Of a stretch of 64,000 bases of DNA, positions 39,640 through 50,889 are shown one piece after another. A model generated the notes under the pieces. It searched no databases, was not told where the DNA came from, and saw only the letters and a list, made by a program, of their open reading frames with translations. The translations under genes were made by a program, and so were the position numbers. Positions within the stretch are counted from its first letter, which is position 1, and every line of letters starts with the position of its first letter. This DNA comes from Octopus vulgaris (taxonomy: Eukaryota). Location of the stretch: contig OX597823.1 in the NCBI GenBank assembly GCA_951406725.2, forward strand, positions 115,940,001 to 116,004,000, given 5' to 3'.

Positions 39640-40146
39640 ATGGCAAGTGAAGATCAAAATCAAAATCGTAATCTATCAACATCAATGGAATTTGTAGCTG
39701 TGATACCAGTGCCGGTGGCACGTAAGAGAGCCATCCGAACGTGGCTGTAGCCAGCACCGCCCGACTGGCCTCCGTGCCGGTGGCATGTAAAAAGCACCAT
39801 CCGACCGTGGCCATTGCCAGCTTCGTCTGGTCCCCGTGCCAGTGGCACGTAAAAAGCACCATCCGACCGTGGCCATTGCCAGCTTCGTCTGGTCCCCGTG
39901 CCGGTGGCACGTAAAAAGCACCATCCGATCATGGCCGTCGGCCAGCCTCGTCTGGCACCTGTGCCGGTGGCACGTAAAAAGCACCCACTACACTCATGGA
40001 GTGGTTGGCGTTAGGAAGGGCATCCAGCTGTAGAAACAGTGCCAGATCAGACTGGGCCTGGGGCAGCCTTCTGGCTTCCCAGACCCCAGTTGAACCGTCC
40101 AACCCATGCCAGCATGGAAAGCGGACGTTAAATGATGATGATGATG
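39640..40146 (+). mobile_element. RTE-like 3' tail with five units of about 61 bp
   Basis: Near-identical GTGCCGGTGGCACGTAAAAAGCACCATCCGACCGTGGCCATTGCCAGC units, then the shared tail. Confidence 0.9.
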
Positions 40147-40856
40147 TATTCTTGAATGCTAACATCACACATCCTATGGATCATGTTCACCTCATTTCTT
40201 CCCAGCCTCTGCACATCTACATTTAGTGATGATATTTTGCTACCATGCAGCATTGCACTTGGTACACAAGCGTCATACAATGGGCCTTTCAACTCAAGGA
40301 GAGTGAATTCTCAACAGAACTTTTTCCACCACATCCTTACTCTAATTAATGTTTTCAGGACATGATCTTCTACTGTTAATTGAATTATATGGATAACAGA
40401 AGCTATCAACTACTTCTAGGGACTTGGAGATCCATCATAATTTCGGATAATATGCAGTCAGTAATGGAAACAAATAAACATTGCTTCCATTACTGGCTGC
40501 ATATCTTAAAGAACTACATCTCCCAACATAATGATAAATCTCCAAGCCTCCAGAAACGGCTGTTGGACTTATAACACTTTATTCCCTGCCCTTTAATTTT
40601 CTTTATTTTTTGTACTCCTTATAAGTTCAATCTATTAATATTTAAGATAGAAATATTACATTTCGAAATATAAGCAGTGGTGGTACGATAGAGCAGTTGT
40701 ATACTGTCAACTTAACGTGGCAGTCCCATGAAGGGAATCACACCACTGCTATTTAGCCCTAGGAGGCATCAACGCTTCCTGTCGGCCTTAACACATTTCC
40801 TGTGTCCTTATGTTTACAAGGGGGAGACAAGCACCCCCACCCAGCTAAGCCTGCAA

Positions 40857-40896
40857 CCAGAGACTAGTTTCTGAGTCTTGCTCGTCATCAGTCTGG
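40857..40896 (-). ncRNA. Minimal type I hammerhead ribozyme motif
   Basis: Reverse complement CCAGA-CTGATGA-CGAG-CAAGA-CTCA-GAAAC-TA-GTC-TCTGG: perfect 5-bp stem I, intact core, palindromic ACTAGT stem III, GUC site; C.A mismatch at the base of stem II. Confidence 0.8.
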
Positions 40897-41024
40897 AGTA
40901 GCCATGGCTTGCTTGCTGCAGATGCCTGTCTAGGCCTTGTAAACATATGATAATTCCAGTGAAATAAATCTATTTGCATGTATCCACACACACACATATG
41001 TATACATACACACACACACACATA

Positions 41025-41695
41025 TATCATCATCATCATTTGGCATGGTTTCTATGGTTGGATGCTCTTCCTAACACCAACCTCTCTGAGAATGCAATGG
41101 GTGCTTTTATGTGCCACCAGCATGAGTACCATTTACATGACACCAGTATCTGCCATGACTGAGATTTTGCTCAGCTTTATGGGTCTTCTTCTCAAGCATG
41201 ACATAATTCCCTGAGGCCCAACACTCAAAAGGAGCTCAACCACTTTGCTTCCATGAGGCCCAATGCTTGAAACGTGCTTCAAAAGTCTCGGTCATTGCCT
41301 CCACGAGGCCCATTTCTGCCAGGACTATGATTTTGCTTGGCATGACGGGTCTTCATGTCCTCATATCAGGCATGACATAATGTCAAAGGTCTGAGTCATT
41401 GCCTCTGTGAGGCCCAAAGTTCGAAGATCATGCCTCACCACCTCATTCCATGTCTTTCTGGGTCTACCTCTACCACCAGCTCCCTTCACAGAGACCAGCA
41501 CTTCTTTACACAACTGTCATCATTCATATACATCATGACCATTTAGCACAGTCTTCTCCCTTGCGCACCATATCTGATGCCTCTTATGCCTAACTTTTCT
41601 CTCAAGATGCTTACACTCTGTCAAACATGCACACTGACATTGCACATCCAGCGATGCATGCTGGATTCATTTCTTTCAAGCCTACACATATCCTG
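41025..41695 (-). mobile_element. RTE-like LINE 3' fragment
   Basis: Same RT C-terminal sequence (GRGRPRKTWNEVVRHDLR) and tail as 16233-17050. Confidence 0.8.
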
Positions 41696-43287
41696 TATTT
41701 CCTCATAACATATAGAAAAATGGATGTCTTTTAATGCAATTTTTTTGGTTGTGGCTCATTTTATTACAATATTTATGCGTACATTTTCATAAATATTTTG
41801 TCTGAGTAGAATGTCACGCATGCGTGAAGCATCAGACGAAAGTGAAACATTGGAAGCAAATTGAAATATTGTCTGAATATGACCTGAAAATTGTGTGACC
41901 CAACCTACATGCTGAGGTTATTTTAGTTTTAAAAACGAGTTGCTGAGTCAAAAACATAGTTTATTTGGTAGATAGATAATAAGCAGCTTTCTTTATTATA
42001 ATACAGATGTGACTAATTTGGAGAAACGTTACTTTCATTTTTCACACATCGTCACTCTCATAATGCAACACTTTGTAATTTTGGTTCAAACTGAAAGTGT
42101 GAAACTATTTTCATTTTGTAATGAAACGTGGTCGTTGTAGAGAAGTGTATTTGAAATAACTACAGCTGGTTGTTGAGATAACATGGAAAATATTTAAAGG
42201 AAAATAAAGTTTACTTGACATGTGTAATTGATTTGATTGTTCTGGTCTTAACATCAGTTGGTAAGAATAGAAGTCATTTGACAACACCTTTTTGTTTGTA
42301 ATTGGCAATCCTGTTGCAGGTTCAATTCGTAAGTCCAAGAAAGTTCAGAAGGCATAAATCATGTTTTCATACAAAAATAATTTATTTTACAATTTTGAAA
42401 TGAACGTTGAACCAAATGTATGGCAAGGGAGATGCTGTTGTTGAAACATTAATTAAAAAATATTTGCTGAAGGATGTCTGTAGCAAGGTATAAATTAATT
42501 TGTCATTGCTACATATTTTTTAACTAACATTACAGGCTGTAGAATAAATACTGACTAAAGCAGTAAAAAGGTTCTGCAACGTTGATACTCACAGTGATGA
42601 AGAATACAAGGACTGTTTAAAAAACATTATCTTGAAACTGGTTAAAAGGAGTGGAATAACATTTCTGTAATTATATTGAAAGAGCTGCTGAGGTTTTCTA
42701 CTTTCTTAAGTTTCAAAATTTGTTATAATAACCAGAACAACATTTTATTTCTTAAGATATATCTGCGAGTATTGTGGGTGGTGTTAAATCAACCAAATCT
42801 TCATGTTGGTAGTACTTCAAAGTGAACAATGTTGTTCGTTTAAAGTCCAGCCGCAACTAAACTTTCAATATCGGCGCATTTCACTGCTGGGCAGGAGAAA
42901 GTTACATACATAAAATAAGACAAACACACACACACACATTAACACACACCTGAAGCCTATCTTGGTCCCAGTGTGTGTCAGTTGTCACAAAAATGTATGT
43001 ATACTGACAGACACATACACCATCACACACATATACTTGTCAGTCATCAGCCTAACGTACGTAACGAATGTGCGAACAAACACGTATAGAAAATGTGATG
43101 TCATTGTTGTTGTGGTGGTGATATAAAATGTCATTTATGATAGGTGACTAAAAGAAAATGACAATGTTAAATTTTTGTAATGCAAATATGTGAATGAAAA
43201 TATAGTTTAGTTGTAGCTAAAAGCCTACTGAATCTTTTGATACCCCATACGTGAAAATAGGCAACTCCATTTTGGAATGCATAAGGA

Positions 43288-43324
<37 letters not shown>

Positions 43325-43404
43325 TACAAACTCGCTTTTATATGCATATTTGAAAATGCTTCTCATAAACGAACTTAAAGGATATATATATATATACATA
43401 TATA

Positions 43405-43535
43405 CAGGGTGTCCCAAAAAAATGTATACACACCTTAAATAATTGTAAATTTATTATTCTGTGTAAGCCTAGTACTTATTCTATCGTTCTCTTTTGCCGA
43501 ACCACTATGTGTATACATTTTTTTGGGACACCCTG
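43405..43535. mobile_element. Tc1/mariner-type MITE, 131 bp
   Basis: TA-CAGGGTGTCCCAAAAAAATGTATACACA ... TGTGTATACATTTTTTTGGGACACCCTG-TA. Confidence 0.85.
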
Positions 43536-43577
43536 TATATATATACACACGCACACATATGTATCTGTATATATATA

Positions 43578-43633
<56 letters not shown>

Positions 43634-43782
43634 TACATATGTATCTGTATGTATGTATGTGTATATATACATATGTATGTGTATATATATATATATGTAT
43701 ATTTTTATAAATAGATGTGTGTATTTTTCCCTTGTTAATTATACCTGTGTTAAACTCCATTTATTTATATATATATATATAC

Positions 43783-43955
43783 TACACTCGCGGAGTGGTT
43801 GGCGTTAGGAAGGGCATCCAGCTGTAGAAACTCTGCCAGATCAGACTGGAGCCTGGTGCAGCCCCTGGCTTCCCAGACCCCGGTCGAACCGTCCAACCCA
43901 TGCTAGCGCGGAAAACGGATGTTAAACGGTGATGATGATGATGATGATGATGATG

Positions 43956-43956
<1 letters not shown>
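43783..43956 (+). mobile_element. Short RTE-like 3' tail copy
   Basis: Shared tail and (GAT)n. Confidence 0.9.
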
Positions 43957-43988
<32 letters not shown>

Positions 43989-45913
43989 TATGAATGTATA
44001 TGTGTGTGTCTGTGTTGTGTTTGTCCTTCATCGCACTAGTCAAATAGTGTTGATTTGTCTACATCCCTGTAATCAACAGTTCGGCAAAGCAGACTCGACT
44101 GGGCTTAAGAAATAGATGCTGAAGCCAATATCTTTGACCGAACATCTTCAAGATGCTACTCCAGCATGGTCACAGTTCAATGACAGAAACAAGTAAAAGA
44201 TAAAATCTTAAAGATTCTTTCATACAAAATTTAAACATACTATTCTCTTAGCTGATATTTATATTCTATGAATTTACTATAGCACTGTTGCAAACAAAAT
44301 TATTTTAATATCTTTAGCAAGCTTTAATTCAAAGTAAATTTTTTTTTAAATCACTATATTTCTACAATATTTCCATCGTTCAGGTTAATTTTTAGCCATC
44401 ACTTACTAATTTGGCTGATTGAAATTTCTTTTCAAAAAAACCAAATATACCGAATCACTTTTTTCCTGGTTGCCTAATATTTGTTTTGTTATAAGAAAGA
44501 GTGAAATCTTAGACTAACTATCATGATAGTAGTACTGTGCTATGATTTGTTTGGGAGAAGACAGAGGCTTGAAATTATGGAAGAGCAAAAAAGAAACAAA
44601 AAATCAATTGTAATTCATGCAGGAACCATCAAAACTAAATACAGTCCATTAGAGCTTCAAAAGCAAATCTTTCAACAGTTTGTGTACATTTTTGTTTGTT
44701 AATGTTATTCAATGTTACTTCAGTTTTCCTTGTTCCACCCTCTCATTCATACACACACACACACACACACACGTGCGCACATGTGTGTGAATGCACATAC
44801 ACACACTCATTCTCTCTTTTTTCTCTGTCTCTCCCCCCCACTCATTTTCCTTTCTCTCCACCTCCGCCTCCTCCTCCTCTGCCTCTTTCCCTCTCTCTAT
44901 CTCTACCAGCCGGCCCGCCGACCCACCCCTCTCAACCTACAAACATCGAAATCATCTTTCTTTATAGGATACTCGACAGTCGTTATTGATTTTTACACCA
45001 GCACACAAATCTATACTGTGTCTGTTGAAGAAATGCAAAAGCTGATGAAAGCTAAGTAAAACAGAGGTTCGTATGCGTATATCTGTGCATCCATGCGTAA
45101 GTATCCGTGAGCATGTGTTTGTATGCATGCAGATGTGTATGTAATTGCCTCAGCAAGAGTGTGTATGTTATACACGCGCATGCGTGCATGCATGTGTTTG
45201 TGCGTGCGTGCATGTGTGTGTGTATGTGTGTGTGCATAGACATTTTCAGCTATCACATTCTGTCTCAGAGGATCTGTCTATTTACTCGAGTATACAGTAT
45301 TATATTCAATACGCCAGCTCCGTTCATTGTGTCTTTGTTTTATGGAAAAGACAACATCAATTAAGGAAAGAATTTGGTTCTTTTTTTTTTTGCTATTTTT
45401 CTAAAACTGAATAAATAAAAGTGAATGAGGTGAGAGAGAGAGAGAGAGCAAGATAGAGAGAGAGAGAGAGAGAGAGGAGAGAGTGTATGTGAGAGGGCGA
45501 AAGAGAGAGAGAGAAAGAGAAAAAGACAAACAGACAGATAGAGAAAGGGAGGGGATATGCATGGTGGCAGGTAAGACAGAGTTAGCAAGTGTGAAAGAGG
45601 GAGACAAAGAGACAGCAGGTGAGAGAGAGAGAGAGAGAGAGAGACCAAGAGAATCAGAGAAAGCGTGTGTGAGAGAGCAGGGGTTGGGGTGAGGTCTAGC
45701 CAGTAGTTTTAGCTGAAAAGATTGTCTTCTTCTAAGAGAAATAAGATTTTGTGAAAAAGTATTTTTTTAAAAATGACATGGAAGAAACTAAAACAAAAAA
45801 CTTATATTCAGTGGTTTGTGTGTGTGTGTATGTATGCTTGTGTATGATATGTGTGAGTGTACACGTGTGTTTATATATATATCTATACATGCCTGTACAT
45901 GTGTGTGTGTGTG

Positions 45914-46045
45914 AGACAGACAGAAAGACAGACAGACAGATAGACAGACAGATAGATAGATAGATAGATAGACAGACAGCTGTATAGTTAGATAGACAGA
46001 CAGACAGACATAGATAGATAGATAGACAGATTGACAGACATAGAC

Positions 46046-46076
<31 letters not shown>

Positions 46077-46430
46077 TAGATAGATAGATAGACGGATAGA
46101 TAGATAGATAGACAGATTGACAGACATAGACAGATAGATAGATAGACAGACAGATAGATAGACAGACAGATAGATAGACAGATAGACAGACAGACAGATA
46201 GATAGATAGACAGATTGACAGACATAGACAGACAGATAGATAGACAGACAGATAGATAGACAGATAGACAGACAGACAGATAGATAAATAGATAGATAGA
46301 TAGATAGACAAATAGATAGATAGATAGATAGATAGATAGACAGATTGACAGACATAGATAGATAGATAGACAGACAGACTGATAGACAGACAAATAGATA
46401 GATAGACAGCTGTATAGTTAGACAGATAGA
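45914..46430. repeat. Compound (GATA)n/(GACA)n microsatellite
   Basis: Directly visible. Confidence 0.97.
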
Positions 46431-46911
46431 TATGTATTTATTGAAGAATTGCTATTTTTTTTGGTGACCACATTTACATAATTAATTGATATACTTATCT
46501 ATGTGTGTATATGTGTGTATGTATGCACATCATACATGCTTGTGGAGATGTGTAAGTGTATATATGTGTATATGCATGAATGTGTATGCATGTATATACT
46601 TAAATCTATATGTATGTGTGTATGCAATGAATTCTCCAACCATATTTGGTGAAGATGTGTGATTGAATCCAAATTTGTTAGTGTACTCTAAAGTCTTTGC
46701 CATTTTCTTACTTCAAATTACATCTACTGTTGTTGTTTTTTTGTAGTAGTAGTAGTAGCAGCAGCAGCAGCGGCGGCGACGGCAGTGGTGGTGGTGGTGG
46801 TAGTGGTGGTAATTGTATTATTAGCATTCTAAGTTGATTATATGGCAGCTAAGAAACTTTGCCTCAACAAAGCCTTGTGATAGGTTGTCTCTCTTTCTCT
46901 CTCTGTGTCTC

Positions 46912-46962
<51 letters not shown>

Positions 46963-47624
46963 ATATAGATATATGTGTGTATAAGACATTATTTACATTA
47001 TTTACATTTGATGGATATTTGTCCTCATCTTGTTTGTTGTTAACACGTTTCGGCTGATCTACCCTCCAAACTGAAATGAAATTCTTAGGTGCTGTTTTGC
47101 TCATCGTTATGTTCTGAGTTCAAATTCTGCCAAGGCTGACTTTGCATCTCATCCTTACGGGATCAATAAATTAAATACCAGATTAGTGCTGGTGTCGATG
47201 TAATCGACTTAACCCCACCCACCAGATAGTAGAAAGGATTATTAAACTGGCGTTTGAAACGTAAATTAACATGGAATTTTGTTTGAAGGTTTTAACTTAG
47301 ATTACTTTAAAACAATAAGTTTGTATCATAGGACCAGGAACAGTCTCAGATGGGTTGTTTCTTAAAGGGTTATGGGGTATCAACCACTTAAGCAAGACTC
47401 CAGTGAGTATGGAAGACAGTTTGGGAACTTATTTCTGATGACTCTTACCAAACAATTCCTCCGCTCTGTGTGTGCACATTTTTTCAGTTGATTAGGTCTT
47501 TAATGTTTGCTGTATCAGCTTATTCAGCCAGACCAGTTGAACAAGCCAGTTGACATGAAACATTCAATAAATTTTAGTCTACAAAATAAGTCTCACAGTT
47601 TGTAAATGGTTTGTTGTATAATGC

Positions 47625-47722
47625 GTGGCACCTTGGGCAACTGTCTTCTACTATAGCCTCAGGCCAACCAAAGCCTTGTGAGTGGATTTGGTCGATGGAA
47701 ACTGAAAGAAGCTTGTCGTATG

Positions 47723-47775
<53 letters not shown>

Positions 47776-47958
47776 TTGTGTGTTTGTGTTTGTCCCCACC
47801 CCCCAACATCGCTTGGTGTGTTTACGCCCCCGTAACATGGTGGTTCAGCAAAGAGACCAATAGAATAAGTACAAAGAATAAGTCCTGGGGGCGATTTGCT
47901 CGACTAAAGGTGGTGCTCCAGCATGGCCACAGTCAAATGACTGAAACGAGTAAAAGAG
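47625..47958 (+). mobile_element. Family A SINE, 5'-truncated
   Basis: Matches 30861-31272 from GCGTGGCACCTTGGGCAA onward. Confidence 0.85.
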
Positions 47959-47993
47959 TATATGTGTATGTTTGTGTGTGTGTGTGTATGTAT

Positions 47994-48044
<51 letters not shown>

Positions 48045-48269
48045 GTGGTAAACTGACTAATTCATTAGCCCATCAGAAGGAATACATGGACCCTGTGTGG
48101 CTGAGTTCAAATCCTGTCAAGGGCAAATATTCCTATTATTCTTTTCCCCTGCTGTTATAGTATCGTTGTTGTCCTGTCCATGGTAGATGTATGCTTCCTT
48201 TTCTACAGGGGACATTTGTTCATTTTTTAATTAAGATGACTTTTCCCCGCCTCAGTATGTTATCTGTTA

Positions 48270-48430
48270 CTTGTGGCCAGGGCCAGCCCTAGGGTTGCTG
48301 GCACCCCAGGTAAGCTGAACTTTTGCGTGTACAAGCTGACGGTTGTCAAGCCCTCCTTGGCACTCCCTAGCACACGGTGCCCCAAGCAACTCCCCAGTTG
48401 CTGGTACCTTGTACCGGCCTTGCTTGTGAC
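48270..48430. mobile_element. hAT-type MITE (145 bp) with 8-bp target duplication
   Basis: CTTGTGGC-CAGGGCCAGC ... ACCGGCCTTG-CTTGTGAC (TSD 7/8 identical); GC-rich island in AT-rich context. Confidence 0.7.
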
Positions 48431-49319
48431 TACATTTGCTTTTGAATAATTTTATCAACAAGACTTATTTTCAAGTTTCTTAATGTTTTGAAAATATTAT
48501 CCAACACACATGTTTGTACATAACCAGAAACTGCATTTATTTGTCAGATATTATAACAATTATTTCATATAAAATAAAATAAGTATATTTTATTAATGGT
48601 GCAGTAACAAGGGTTTCCAAATTTGCTTAATGGAGAAGCCAGGTGTAATAAATTTCAGATCTTTCGCAGCAATGAGACATGAAAGATTTACACCTGCAAT
48701 TTTATTGTTACGTATGAATTTTTGCAGCAAATATTTAATATAAATATTATGAAATATATATTTACAATAATATTTATTCATGAAGATAAATTATTTTTTA
48801 TACCGCTAATTTGTATTAGTTTCTGCATTCATAATGTGTGTATATACATACATATGCACACACACACACACACACGCGCGCACACACACTCACACACACA
48901 CACACACATATATATATACCTTATGTTTTCAAATTATTGACTGATGATTGTTTTAACTATATTTAACATATTTGATATGGAAATGAGCTATCGAAACAGC
49001 TATGTACAATATGTAAATTTGGATTTCAGCAACATAAAATCAGACTGCTGAAAATGAAACTGAAAGTGGAGGGGAAAAAAAAACAACAAATATTTTTAAT
49101 GATATTTGATTTAATAAATATCTGATCCAAATATGGGAAGAAATATGTAAAAACAAAGCAAAAATAATGATCATAATAATTATCAGCCTAATGAAATTAG
49201 AAACATTTAAATCAGGTACTACCTTACAAAATTACACTCTTATCATAATATTTTTATGACAAACAGATAATACTGCAATGATCAGACATTTAAAGCCATT
49301 ATTTACAACTATATTTGTC

Positions 49320-50885
49320 TTGTAGGCATCTATCTTGGCTGTGAGTCATTGAAAATCCCCCACCAGTATATGTTGTCAAGGTTGTATGGAATTCTTCATG
49401 GGGTATTTATTTGTAAAGATTGCCCAGTGCCTTTGCTTCATTAACTTCTTTCAAAGAATTCAGATTTACTACAGTTTGTTGTTCTAAAAATCCAGATGAT
49501 TCACCCACTAGTTTTCTTCATTTTGGAATAGTGTGTCTATGGACCTTGTTTTTAGAACTTAATTGTAAATAGGCATTTTGTGGAATGTCTTTAGACCCCA
49601 GGTTCTGTTGTAATTCCTCAACAGATGATTCTGTAACAAGACAAGCAAGAACTGAACAACCCTCATGAATCACATCAACCACGAATGGATTTGTATAAAA
49701 GGCAAGGATTAAGCTTCTGCAAGTCATCAAACCTGACAAGGAAATTACCATGCTGTCATTGTAATTTATCTTTATTTCCTACCAGCTTGTGGTTTTTAGT
49801 TTATGATTTTATTTTTTTTATAAAGGCATTTACTCTCCTACTGATATGGAGAAAGTGACTGTTTTCTTTTTTAACAATATTTTCCTTTGAAAACTCTTAC
49901 ACTGAAAGCTAAAAATTATCTGAATAAAATCAGAAATAATCTTATCCTTCCCATGGAGTGCCAAGTTGAAGGTTTATTGAGGATTCATTATCTCAGTAAG
50001 AGACATGATATCTTGCTTCTGTTCATTATTTTCCATTTTGTGGACTAGATATTTTTCTTTTATAAGAAAATTAATACCAGGCTTCAACAGATCCACGGAT
50101 CTACTCAAGTCATTACTGGTTGCCAAATATATTACAAAGGGACATCTCTAGATTTATCTTCAAGCTCCAGTTCTTCAATCAACTTTTTGAGATGTTGGTA
50201 GATCTTCCCTTGCAAGTGTAATTAATTGACAGTTTCAAGGATAAATTTCATATCATTTTCCCCTGTGAAGTATCTGACTGCCAAGTGATCATTTGGCAGT
50301 CAGATTAATCCAAGGAATCCTGGAAATCTGGGGTTGCTTTCCATAAGTTAATCTTATATTTGCCTCCACTATTGCAAGTGATCCATCTGTTACAACTCTC
50401 ACAAATTTTTCAGTGGAACATCAGCTTTTATTAAGGTTCTGCCAAGCACATTGTTAATGTTAACACCACACACCATTTATTTAAAGAAATACTGTCAGTT
50501 ATCAGTTGGATTGTATGTCTATGAATTTGTCAATATCTAAGCTGAATGCAGAAGAATTCTTTAAATCATTTTGCCTGCAACATCAGCACCGATCTGGGAA
50601 ATATGCTACTCCATAGGGTGGCATAAAACTTGTGTTCATACCATTAATCATTGAAGCTTTGTGTTTTGTAAGAGCAATAACTTCATCTGTTTTCTTCTTA
50701 ACAATCCCCCATCAAAATATAAATGTTTAGCATGAGTCAAATTCCATAACCCAACAATTTTACTTTCAGTCACTGTATCAGCTTCTTTATTGAATATTAT
50801 CAAAAGTATCTACTTGCTATTTAATGAAAGTATTAATACTCTTAAATTGTTTTATCTTAATACTGATTTAAATGGATAACCATAT
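49320..50885 (-). mobile_element. Decayed hAT (Buster/Charlie, GTF2IRD2/EPM2AIP1-like) transposase
   Basis: Minus-strand fragments FNKEADTVTES, QNDLKNSSAFSL(D/A)IDK (FSLALDES motif), VRVVTDGSLAI (TDGAPAM motif), YQHLKKLIEELELED, AFYTNPF. Confidence 0.75.
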
Positions 50886-50889
50886 GGTA

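Noticed and set aside
39700-39990. CRISPR-like regularly spaced repeats (also 16410-16770)
   Set aside because: Inter-repeat sequences are homologous to each other, the array is inside a retroelement tail, there are no cas genes and the DNA is eukaryotic.
42320-42328. Possible 9-nt micro-exon (TTGCAG-GTTCAATTC-GTAAGT), frame-preserving
   Set aside because: Weak pyrimidine tract, would interrupt the conserved GNYRCS region, and is expected by chance in 50 kb; needs RNA-seq.
41760-42900. Non-repetitive-looking segment as a nested gene or transposase
   Set aside because: No recognisable motif in any frame I examined.
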